Assembly: GCA_041906305.1 (NCBI GenBank)
Contig: JAYRJL010000005.1
Coordinates: 212,269-276,268, forward strand
Direction of reading: 5' to 3'
DNA: 64,000 nucleotides
Origin: Alphaproteobacteria bacterium
GTDB lineage: Bacteria; Pseudomonadota; Alphaproteobacteria; SHVZ01
Under the pieces are notes generated by a model that had not been told where the DNA came from, ran no database searches, and was given only the letters and a program-made list of their open reading frames with translations. Below, piece after piece: positions 27,551-35,789 of the stretch (position 1 is its first letter; each line of letters starts with the position of its first letter). Position numbers and translations under genes: made by a program.

Positions 27551-28603
27551 TCAGCGAAGTTGTTCGACCGCCTGCAACCGACGCTCCGGCGATGCGGCAC
27601 GGTGGTGGAAGTAGGCCGCGACGGCGACGAGGATCGCGCCGACGAAGATGGCGATGTGGCGATCCACGACGATCGGGTCGCCCCGCCATGCGGCCCTCGT
27701 CTCGACCAAGACCATCAGCGTGCCCAGCAGGCTCGCGAAGGCCCCGAGCAGATCGAGACGCCAGGCGCGGTACCCGAACAGCGAACCCCGCCCATAGCGC
27801 GCGGTCGAGCCTCCCTGCGCGAGCACGATGCGATAGACGAGCCTTGCGGCGGCGAGCACCGCGATGGTTCCGACCACGAATCCGGCGGTCTGCAGCAGCG
27901 GCGCGAACGGTGCATGGATGCCGAACGTGTTGCGCACCAGCAGGAGCGGGTAGTTGTAGAGCGCGTGAAGGGCGACCGGGACGTAGAGGGCGGCCGCATA
28001 GCTGCGCCATCTGAACGAAGCGCCGTGACTCGCGCCCATGACGTTGCCGAACTTGGCGCGCGCGACATAGACACCGGCGATCACGCCCAGCGCGCCGTGG
28101 GTGGGTACGGTGAGGATGCTGCGGATGACCGCGTGCTCGCGCCACGCATCGGTGAGATGCACGGCGAGCAGGAGGTTCTCGTAGGCGGCCAGCCCGAGCC
28201 CGACGGCGGCGCCGTAGATGACGCCCTCCATCGGATGGTCGTAGGCGAGGAACCGGCGTGAGAAGAGAAGAAGGATAAGGACCTTGAGCGTCTCCTCCGG
28301 GATCGCGATGTCGACCACCGCCTGAAGCAGGGTCGCCACCGACCGGTCCGGCTCGAGCCAGGCGACATCCTCGCCGAACAGGAGCTGCAGGGCGTCGAGG
28401 ATGTAGTCGCCGATGAAGCTCGCCGCGGGTGAGATCACGTGCAGCGCCGAGGTGCTGAGGGCGCCGAGGAGGAACGTCCCGACGACCGCGTAGGCCGGCT
28501 CGGGCCGCTTGTCGAAGAACGTCAGGGTCAGGAGATAGAGAAGCGGCGGCGCTACGGCCGCCGCGCCGAGCACGGTGACCATGGCTTCAGCGGCCGCGCC
28601 CAT
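27551..28603 (-). CDS. PrsW-family intramembrane metalloprotease-like protein (polytopic membrane protein).
   Basis: Multiple TM helices carry the PrsW motifs EExxK (IPEETLKV), FxxxE-like (AAYEN) and conserved His residues (PTHGALG, HALYNYP). The start is uncertain (M51 or M58 of the track ORF). Confidence 0.6.
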   Translation of the reverse strand: MGAAAEAMVTVLGAAAVAPPLLYLLTLTFFDKRPEPAYAVVGTFLLGALSTSALHVISPAASFIGDYILDALQLLFGEDVAWLEPDRSVATLLQAVVDIAIPEETLKVLILLLFSRRFLAYDHPMEGVIYGAAVGLGLAAYENLLLAVHLTDAWREHAVIRSILTVPTHGALGVIAGVYVARAKFGNVMGASHGASFRWRSYAAALYVPVALHALYNYPLLLVRNTFGIHAPFAPLLQTAGFVVGTIAVLAAARLVYRIVLAQGGSTARYGRGSLFGYRAWRLDLLGAFASLLGTLMVLVETRAAWRGDPIVVDRHIAIFVGAILVAVAAYFHHRAASPERRLQAVEQLR

Positions 28604-28676
28604 GGGACTGCTTCGGCTCGAAGCGGGGCGACCCCGCCGGAATGCACGGGTTTGAGCGCATGCAGGGCTCGATCGC

Positions 28677-30365
28677 TCAATCCAGGTGGATGGTGCGGCC
28701 GCCCATGCGCTGGGCCGCTTCGGCGGCCTGGCGACGGGTGGCGCTGACCGCATGCTCGGCCGCCCAGACGCGCATCTGCGCGATCTGCTCGCGCCGGGTC
28801 TGCGCCAACGGCACGAGCCGCGGCAGGATCGCCTCGAAATCCGCCATCTCGAGGTCGCCCTCGACCTTGGCGTTCCGCGTGCGCTGGAAGGATTCGATCA
28901 GCGCCTCGGACACCCACGCCTCGATCTCGGCGCCGCTCATGCGGATGTCGGGGCCGAAATGCTTCTCGCCCGACAGCTCGACCAGGCGATCGAGGTCGAA
29001 CTTGGACGGATCGCGGCGACGCCGGCGGATCTGGACCTCGAAGATCTGCTTACGCTCCTCGTCGTTCGGCAGGTCGATGAAGAACACCTCGTCGAACCGC
29101 CCCTTGCGCAGTATTTCCGGCGGCAGGGCGGCGACGTCGTTGGCGGTGGCGAAGATGAACACCGGCGCGGTCTTCTCCTGCATCCAGGTGAGCAGGGTGC
29201 CGAACACGCGAAGCGAGACGCCGCTGTCGCCGATCATGCGGCTGGAATGGGCGAGGCCCTTCTCGATCTCGTCGATCCACAGCACGCAGGGGGCGATCGC
29301 CTCGCAGGTCTTGAGCGCGTTCCGCATGTGCTCTTCCGACGAGCCGATCAGCGAGGAGAAGATCTTGCCCATGTCGAGCTTGACCAGGGGGAGGCCCCAG
29401 GCGGCGGCCGTGCACTTGGCGGACAGCGACTTGCCGCAGCCGGGGATGCCGGTCAGCAGCACGCCCTTGGGCGGATCGAGGCCGTAGGCCTTCGCCTCCC
29501 GGCCGAAGGTCAGGCTGCGGATCTGCAGCCAGCGCTTGAGCACGTCGAGGCCGCCGACGTCGCCGGCCGAAAGCGACCGGTTGTCGATGTATTCGAGGAT
29601 TCCCGACTTCCGGATGATCTGCTTCTTCTCGTCGAACATGAAGCGCGTGTCTTCGAGCGTGATCGCCCGGTCGTGGACGAGGGCCTTGGCCAGGCAGTTT
29701 TCGATCTCGGCGAGCGTCAGGCCCATCGCCGCGTCCGTCAGCGCCTCGATCATCTCGCGCCCGGGCTCGACGGTGATCGTGGTGTTCTCGGCGACGCGGG
29801 TGACGAACTGCTCGACGAAGCGGCCCACCTGCTCGCGATCCGGAACCGGGAAGTCGACGACCGTGATCTCCTTCTCGAGCTCGAGAGGGATCTCGAGGCT
29901 CGGGGAGATGATCACGCAGGAGGCGCTGAAGCCGTGGCCGCGGATGGCCATGGCGAACTCGCGCAGCCGGCGGCGGTAGATCGCATCGACGGGCTTGTCG
30001 CTGAGGAAGGGGAACGGGTCGAGAAGCACGAACAGGTGCCGCTTGCCGTCCTGGGCGATGCGCTCGCACTGGTCGATCGCGATCTTGAGATCGGCAAGGG
30101 AGTCCTTGAAGGTCTGCGGCTTCTCGTCCCCGTCCTCGAGCTTCGAGACCAGGCCGCGCACCACCGTCCAGACGTGGATGTGATAGGTCAGCGCCTTGGC
30201 GACGTCGACGACGACCTTGAGCGCCCGCTCCTCCTCGTAGGTGAAGACCTGCACGATGGGAAAGCGGGCGCGCAGCAGGTCGGCGATCTCGTTGGCGAAC
30301 GCGGTCTTGAAGGTCGCAGCCGGATATCCGGCTGTCGCGACCTTGGCCAGGGAGACGGGGCACAT
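28677..30365 (-). CDS. AAA+ ATPase of the classical AAA clade (FtsH/Cdc48-like ATPase domain) with a 270-aa N-terminal domain of unknown function.
   Basis: Walker A is GVLLTGIPGCGKS, Walker B is CVLWIDEIE, and the second region of homology is ATANDVAALPPEILRKGRFDEVFFIDLP. The N-terminal 270 aa are unassigned. Confidence 0.8.
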   Translation of the reverse strand: MCPVSLAKVATAGYPAATFKTAFANEIADLLRARFPIVQVFTYEEERALKVVVDVAKALTYHIHVWTVVRGLVSKLEDGDEKPQTFKDSLADLKIAIDQCERIAQDGKRHLFVLLDPFPFLSDKPVDAIYRRRLREFAMAIRGHGFSASCVIISPSLEIPLELEKEITVVDFPVPDREQVGRFVEQFVTRVAENTTITVEPGREMIEALTDAAMGLTLAEIENCLAKALVHDRAITLEDTRFMFDEKKQIIRKSGILEYIDNRSLSAGDVGGLDVLKRWLQIRSLTFGREAKAYGLDPPKGVLLTGIPGCGKSLSAKCTAAAWGLPLVKLDMGKIFSSLIGSSEEHMRNALKTCEAIAPCVLWIDEIEKGLAHSSRMIGDSGVSLRVFGTLLTWMQEKTAPVFIFATANDVAALPPEILRKGRFDEVFFIDLPNDEERKQIFEVQIRRRRRDPSKFDLDRLVELSGEKHFGPDIRMSGAEIEAWVSEALIESFQRTRNAKVEGDLEMADFEAILPRLVPLAQTRREQIAQMRVWAAEHAVSATRRQAAEAAQRMGGRTIHLD

Positions 30366-30530
30366 GTTCCGGTCGCCCGCCTAACGGACGACGGTCGTCG
30401 GGCATACGGCGCGCCGCAGGCGTTTCCGTCCGCGCTCGCCGCCCACGATCTTCTGCATCGCCGTTTCTCCCAACCGTCGCCGCCGCATGACGGGCCGGAA
30501 TGACCATGGACGGCGGGGCAGAGACGTTCC

Positions 30531-30544
30531 TTGATGTAGGTCAA
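30531..30544. promoter_or_regulatory. FixK/FNR-type anaerobox TTGATGTAGGTCAA between the divergent AAA-ATPase and transporter genes.
   Basis: It overlaps the GTG that the track uses as the ORF start. The true transporter start is therefore probably downstream, for example the ATG at 30687. Confidence 0.5.
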
Positions 30545-30545
30545 C

Positions 30546-32231
30546 GTGCAGTCGCGTCTTCCGGCCGAGAAAGGCCCGGCAGGAGGGAAGGCCATCCAGC
30601 CCCTAGCCGCATTCTTCCGTCGCTGGTTCGATGTCCTGGTCCTCGACCTCGGGCGTCAGTTCCGCATCTCCTACCTTCCGCCCCTGATGGTCTACCTGGC
30701 GGCGGGCGTGTCCGGCCTGACGGCGATCGTCGGGACCTTCTTCGTGAAGGAGCATTTCGGGTTCTCTGCCTCCCTGCTGGCGTCGCTGGCGTTCTGGGCC
30801 GGGGTGCCCTGGACGCTCAAGATCCCGGTCGGCCACGCGGTCGACCTGCTGTGGCGGTGGAAAGCGGCGCTGATCTTTCTCGGTGCGCTCCTGATCGCCG
30901 CGTCCATCGGCATCATGTACGGCCTGATCGCACATCCCGGCCCGATGGGGTCGGTGCTGCCGCTCGAGGTCTGGTACGTCTCGAGCGTCCTGCTGGCGCC
31001 GATCGGCTACGTCCTCCAGGACGCGGTCGCCGATGCGATGACCGTGGAGGCCGTGCCCCTCTTCGACCCGCACGGCGTCAAGTACGCGGAAGAGACGGTG
31101 AAGGCGATGCACACGACGATGCAGACCCTCGGGCGGGTCGCGATCATCGGCGGGCTCGCCGCCGTCGCCGCGCTGAACATCTGGATGCTCGCCGGCGCGG
31201 CCGGGATGACGGAAGCGGCCCGGGCGGAGATCTACGCCGACATCTACCTGCTCGCGCTCTGCATCCCGGCGATCTCGGTGGCCGGCGTCGTCCTCGCCTG
31301 GGTCGTCCGCCGACGGGACGTTCGCCGGCTGGCGAGCCAGGGACTCGACCCGGAACGGATCGCGGCGATGCTGGATGTCCACGGCGCCGCGCCGAAGGCG
31401 AACTGGTGGATACTCGGCGGCGGCAGCGCCTTCGCGCTGTTCACGCTGGGGGCCGGCCTCGCCCCGGTCGCGTTCAACCAGGAAATCGTCTTCGCCGGAT
31501 CCATGGCGATCGTCGCCTTCCTGATGCGCCGCCTCCTGGTCGAGCTTCCGGCCGAGCAGCGGCAGGCCCTGGTCGGCACCGCGGTGATCATCTTCGTCTT
31601 CCGGGCGGTGCCCGGACCGGGGCCCGGGGTCGGCTGGTGGGAGATCGACGTCCTCGGATTCGACCAGCAGTTCCTCTCGGTATTGAGCTTCATCACGTCG
31701 GGCCTCACGCTCGCTGGCATGCTGGCGCTTCGCCCGCTGATCGCCCGGCGGTCGATCGCGGACGTCGTGATCATCCTGACGCTGGCCGGCGCGGTCCTGT
31801 CGCTGCCGAACATCTCGCTGTTCTACGGCCTGCACGAATGGACCGCGTCCCTGACCGGCGGCATCGTCGACGCGCGCGCCATCGCGATCATGGACACGAT
31901 GCTCGAATCTCCGCTCGGGCAGCTGGCGATGATCCCGATGCTGGCCTGGATCGCCAAGAACGCGCCGGAGCAGCTGAAGGCGACCTTCTTCGCGGTGATG
32001 GCGTCGTTCGCCAATCTGGCGCTGGCCGCGAGCAGCCTCGGGACCAAGTACCTGAACGAGATCTTCATCGTCACGCGCGAGGTTCGCGATCGCGCGACGG
32101 GGGCCGTGCTGGTTTCCCCCGACTACTCCCGGGTCGGCTGGCTCCTGGTCACCGCGGCGCTGCTGGCAGCGATCGTGCCGCTGCTGACCGTTGCGGTCGT
32201 CCAGGCGTCGCCGCTCCGGACGAAGCAGTAG
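30546..32231 (+). CDS. Polytopic membrane transporter, MFS-like and possibly of the BT1 folate-biopterin transporter family. The start is uncertain, and the ATG at 30687 is more likely.
   Basis: It has at least 12 predicted TM segments. The family assignment is tentative. Confidence 0.5.
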   Translation: MQSRLPAEKGPAGGKAIQPLAAFFRRWFDVLVLDLGRQFRISYLPPLMVYLAAGVSGLTAIVGTFFVKEHFGFSASLLASLAFWAGVPWTLKIPVGHAVDLLWRWKAALIFLGALLIAASIGIMYGLIAHPGPMGSVLPLEVWYVSSVLLAPIGYVLQDAVADAMTVEAVPLFDPHGVKYAEETVKAMHTTMQTLGRVAIIGGLAAVAALNIWMLAGAAGMTEAARAEIYADIYLLALCIPAISVAGVVLAWVVRRRDVRRLASQGLDPERIAAMLDVHGAAPKANWWILGGGSAFALFTLGAGLAPVAFNQEIVFAGSMAIVAFLMRRLLVELPAEQRQALVGTAVIIFVFRAVPGPGPGVGWWEIDVLGFDQQFLSVLSFITSGLTLAGMLALRPLIARRSIADVVIILTLAGAVLSLPNISLFYGLHEWTASLTGGIVDARAIAIMDTMLESPLGQLAMIPMLAWIAKNAPEQLKATFFAVMASFANLALAASSLGTKYLNEIFIVTREVRDRATGAVLVSPDYSRVGWLLVTAALLAAIVPLLTVAVVQASPLRTKQ

Positions 32232-32245
32232 AACCGGCGGCCGCG

Positions 32246-33619
32246 ATGACCGAACCGAAGGAGAGGTGGGGCAGCCGGATCGGCTTCGTGCTGGCGACGA
32301 TCGGCTCCGCCGTCGGCCTCGGCAGCATCTGGAAGTTCCCCTACGAGGTCGGCGAGAACGGCGGCAGCGGATTCGTCCTCCTCTACCTCGCCGGCCTTGC
32401 GCTCATCGTGACGCCGCTGATGCTCGGCGAATTCGCGATCGGCCGTGCCGGCGGCCGGGACGCGCGCAAGAGCATGGAGATCCTCGCGGCCGCGCATCGG
32501 GCGCCTCGCTCCTGGCGCGACGCGGGCACGCTCGGCGTCGTCGCGTCCGCCCTCATCCTCAGCTTCTACTCGGTCGTCGGCGGATGGGCGCTGGCCTACG
32601 CCGTCGAGACGCCGTTCCTCGGCCTGCCGGGCTCCGGCATCGGCGAGGCGCAGCAGCGCTTCGACGCCCTGCTCGGCTCGCCCGGGCGCATCGGCCTCTA
32701 TCACTCGGCCTTCATGGCATTCACGGCGGTGATCGTCGGGCGCGGCGTCGCCGCCGGAATCGAGGCCGCGGCCAAGTTCCTGATGCCGCTCCTGGTCTGC
32801 CTGATGCTGGCCGTCGCCGCCTATGCCCTCGCGGTCGGCGACGTCTCGCGCACCCTGGCCTACCTCTTCGCCTTCGACCTCGACCGCATGACCGCACGGA
32901 CGGCCCTGGAGGCGGTCGGGCTCGGCTTCTTCTCCATCGGCGTCGGCCTCGCCGTCATGGTGACCTACGCGGCCTATGCCGAGAGGAGCATCGATCTGAA
33001 ATCCGCTGCCGTCTGGGCGATCCTCAGCGACACGGCGATCTCGTTCCTCGCCGGCTTCGCGATCTTTCCGATCGTGTTCGCGAACGGCCTCGATCCCGCG
33101 AGCGGCCCTGGCCTGATGTTCGTCACCCTTCCGCTCGCCTTCTCGGCGATGCCGGCGGGCGGCGTGGTCGCCTTCGCATTCTTCACCTTGTTGTTCGTCG
33201 CCGCCCTGGTCTCGGCGATCTCGATGCTGGAGATGCCGGTCGCCTTCGCGCACAGCACCTTCGGATGGTCCCGGCGGAAGGCGGTCGCCGTCTCGGCCGC
33301 GGCGATATGGCTGGCGGGCTTCCTCTCGGTCTTTTCGTTCAATCTCTGGCGCGATTGGTTTCCGCTCTCGGCATATCCGATCTTCGCCTCGTCGACCTTC
33401 TTCGACCTGATCGACTACCTCACATCCAGCATCATGCTGCCGCTCGGCGGCCTGGCGATCTCGGTCTTCGCCGGCTGGGTCCTGCCGCGCGAGGTGCTGA
33501 GGGACGGGCTCGGCCTCGGCGGGCCGGCGTCGACAATTCTGTACGTCCTGCTGCGCTATGTGGTGCCGCCGATCCTCCTCGCGGTGACTGCCGCGCCTCT
33601 GATCTTTGCCGGCCGCTGA
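32246..33619 (+). CDS. Sodium-dependent transporter of the NSS/SNF family.
   Basis: The hallmark N-terminus is ATIGSAVGLGSIWKFPY. It is in frame with track ORF 30500..33619, and the true start was set at MTEPKERW. Confidence 0.85.
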   Translation: MTEPKERWGSRIGFVLATIGSAVGLGSIWKFPYEVGENGGSGFVLLYLAGLALIVTPLMLGEFAIGRAGGRDARKSMEILAAAHRAPRSWRDAGTLGVVASALILSFYSVVGGWALAYAVETPFLGLPGSGIGEAQQRFDALLGSPGRIGLYHSAFMAFTAVIVGRGVAAGIEAAAKFLMPLLVCLMLAVAAYALAVGDVSRTLAYLFAFDLDRMTARTALEAVGLGFFSIGVGLAVMVTYAAYAERSIDLKSAAVWAILSDTAISFLAGFAIFPIVFANGLDPASGPGLMFVTLPLAFSAMPAGGVVAFAFFTLLFVAALVSAISMLEMPVAFAHSTFGWSRRKAVAVSAAAIWLAGFLSVFSFNLWRDWFPLSAYPIFASSTFFDLIDYLTSSIMLPLGGLAISVFAGWVLPREVLRDGLGLGGPASTILYVLLRYVVPPILLAVTAAPLIFAGR

Positions 33620-33632
33620 TGCAGGGCCGGTC

Positions 33633-34631
33633 ATGACGACGTATCGGGCGATGGTCCTGGAGGCGCCGCGGACGCCGCTGGTGCTGCGGCGCCGGACGGT
33701 GGAGCCGCTGGAGCCGGCGCAGCTGCGTGTCCGCGTCCATGCCTGCGGCGTGTGCCGGACCGATCTTCACGTCGTCGATGGCGAGCTTCCGGCGCTCCGA
33801 TGCCCGATCGTGCCGGGTCACGAGATCGTCGGCACCGTAGAGGCATGCGGTGATGCCGTCTCTCGATTCAGGCCCGGCGACCGCGTCGGCGTGCCCTGGC
33901 TCGGCTGGTCCTGCGGTGCCTGCGCCCATTGCGCTGCCGGCCGCGAGAATCTCTGCGACGAGGCGCGCTTCACCGGCTACCAGATCGACGGCGGCTACGC
34001 GGAATGCGCGGTCGTCGACGAGCGCTTCTGCTTCGCCATTCCGTCCTCCTATGGCGACGTCGAGGCGGCGCCGCTGCTCTGCGCCGGGCTCATCGGCTAC
34101 CGGGCGCTGCGGATGGCAGGGGAGGCGCGGACGCTCGGCATCTACGGCTTCGGCGCCGCCGGCCACATTGTCGCGCAGGTCGCCAGGTGGCAGGGTCGGA
34201 AGGTCTTCGCCTTCGTGCGATCAGGCGACGAGGAGGCGCGACGCTTCGCGCTCGAGCTCGGCTGCGCCTGGGCCGGATCGTCGGACGAGATGCCGCCGGA
34301 GCCGCTGGAGGCGGCACTCGTCTTCGCGCCGGTCGGCGCGCTGGTTCCGGCCGCCCTCGGCGCGGTCGCCAAGGGCGGGATCGTGGTCTGCGCCGGCATC
34401 CACATGAGCGACATTCCGTCCTTCCCCTACCGCCTTCTCTGGGAGGAGCGAACGGTCCGCTCGGTCGCCAACCTGACGCGTGCCGACGCGGAGGATTTCT
34501 TGGCCCTCGCGCCGAAGATTCCGGTGCGGACGCAGACCACGCCCTATCCGCTCGAGCGCGCCAACGACGCCTTGTCCGACCTGAGGTCGGGACGCCTGAA
34601 AGGGGCGGCCGTCCTGACCTTCGGCGCCTGA
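33633..34631 (+). CDS. Zinc-dependent alcohol dehydrogenase family oxidoreductase.
   Basis: The sequence contains GHEIVGTV, the structural-zinc Cys cluster CGACAHCAAGRENLC and a Rossmann motif GFGAAGH. Confidence 0.85.
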   Translation: MTTYRAMVLEAPRTPLVLRRRTVEPLEPAQLRVRVHACGVCRTDLHVVDGELPALRCPIVPGHEIVGTVEACGDAVSRFRPGDRVGVPWLGWSCGACAHCAAGRENLCDEARFTGYQIDGGYAECAVVDERFCFAIPSSYGDVEAAPLLCAGLIGYRALRMAGEARTLGIYGFGAAGHIVAQVARWQGRKVFAFVRSGDEEARRFALELGCAWAGSSDEMPPEPLEAALVFAPVGALVPAALGAVAKGGIVVCAGIHMSDIPSFPYRLLWEERTVRSVANLTRADAEDFLALAPKIPVRTQTTPYPLERANDALSDLRSGRLKGAAVLTFGA

Positions 34632-34717
34632 GGCGATCTGGCCCATGGCTTTTCCTTGACCCAGGCGCGGACGCGCGCAGGATGGGCGTCTCCCCTGAAG
34701 GACCGACTTTCCTCCCG

Positions 34718-35638
34718 ATGACTCAGCTTCCGGCTTCCGTCGACACGACGCTCGCGCTGCTCGCCAAGGGCGACTACGTCGCCGACCGCTCGCTCGCCAC
34801 CGCGGTCTATCTCTCGCTGTCGCTGAAGCGGCCGCTGTTCCTCGAAGGCGAGGCCGGCGTCGGCAAGACCGAGATCGCGAAGGTGCTCTCGGCGACGCTC
34901 GGCCGCGACCTGATCCGCCTTCAATGCTACGAGGGCCTCGACGTCGCATCTGCGGTCTACGAGTGGAACTACGCCCGCCAGATGATCGAGATCCGGATGG
35001 CGGAGGCCACCGGCACCGGCGACCGCGAGCGGGTCGCGACCGACATTTTCGACCGCAAGTTCCTGATCGAGCGGCCGCTGCTCAAGGCGATCGCGCACCC
35101 GAAGCCGTCGCCGGTGCTGCTGATCGACGAGCTCGACCGCGCCGACGAGCCCTTCGAGGCCTACCTGCTGGAAGTGCTGTCGGACTGGAAGATCACCATC
35201 CCCGAGCTCGGCACGGTCGCCGCGGAGGAGCCGCCGATCGTGGTGGTGACCTCCAACCGCACGCGCGAGATCCACGACGCGCTGAAGCGCCGCTGCTTCT
35301 ACTACTGGGTCGACTACCCCAAGGCCGAGCGCGAGCTCGAGATCCTGCGCGTCAAGGCGCCGAACGCGCCGGCGGAGCTCTCCCGCCAGATCGTCGCCTT
35401 CATCCAGAAGCTGCGCGGCACCGACCTCTTCAAGCTGCCCGGCGTCGCCGAGACCATCGACTGGGCGAACGCGCTGGTCCAGCTCGACCAGCTCCAGCTC
35501 GAGCCCGACGCGGTCAACAACACGCTCGGCGTGCTGCTCAAGTACCAGGACGACATCTCCAAGATCCAGGGCAGCGAGGCCAACCGCCTGCTCATGGAAG
35601 TGAAGGCCGAGATCGCGCGGGCGCAGGCGACCGCGTGA
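34718..35638 (+). CDS. coxD: MoxR-family AAA ATPase, CoxD-like.
   Basis: Walker A is GEAGVGKT and Walker B is LLIDELDRA. A MoxR-type C-terminus follows. Confidence 0.85.
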   Translation: MTQLPASVDTTLALLAKGDYVADRSLATAVYLSLSLKRPLFLEGEAGVGKTEIAKVLSATLGRDLIRLQCYEGLDVASAVYEWNYARQMIEIRMAEATGTGDRERVATDIFDRKFLIERPLLKAIAHPKPSPVLLIDELDRADEPFEAYLLEVLSDWKITIPELGTVAAEEPPIVVVTSNRTREIHDALKRRCFYYWVDYPKAERELEILRVKAPNAPAELSRQIVAFIQKLRGTDLFKLPGVAETIDWANALVQLDQLQLEPDAVNNTLGVLLKYQDDISKIQGSEANRLLMEVKAEIARAQATA

Positions 35639-35659
35639 TGAAACCGCGGCTCGCCTCGT

Positions 35660-35764
35660 ACCCCCTCCCCCTTGACGGGGGAGGGATGGGGTGGGGGTGG
35701 AGCAGCAAACTCGTTGCTGGCAGCACCCCCCACCCTAACCCTCCCCCGCAAGGGGGGAGGGGAC
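35660..35764. repeat. Composite GC-rich palindromic repeat (REP/MITE-like), copy 1.
   Basis: The sequence is CCCTCCCCC-ttgac-GGGGGAGGG atGGGGTGGGGGTGG ... CCCCCCACCCTAACCCTCCCCCgcaaGGGGGGAGGGG. It belongs to the same family as the copies at 38.1, 47.7, 50.4, 54.4-54.8 and 60.6 kb. Confidence 0.8.
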
Positions 35765-35789
35765 ATGAGACGCGAGCGGAGTCACTCTG

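Noticed and set aside
28604-28676. TTGAGCG...CGCTCAA inverted 7-mers between the AAA and PrsW genes, as a FixK box.
   Set aside because: The spacing is 15 bp, not N6. It is more likely a structural element or coincidence.
30500-33619. A 1039-aa ORF that suggests a fusion of the two transporters.
   Set aside because: The upstream transporter ends with a TAG in another frame at 32231. The NSS gene has its own start (MTEPKERW) at 32246, with a hallmark N-terminus. The long frame is just an open read-through of the intergenic and antisense region.
5153-33619. The possibility that the FixK island is a horizontally acquired genomic island or prophage.
   Set aside because: There is no integrase, no transposase, no tRNA and no flanking direct repeats. 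GC content and codon bias look uniform with the rest of the window.
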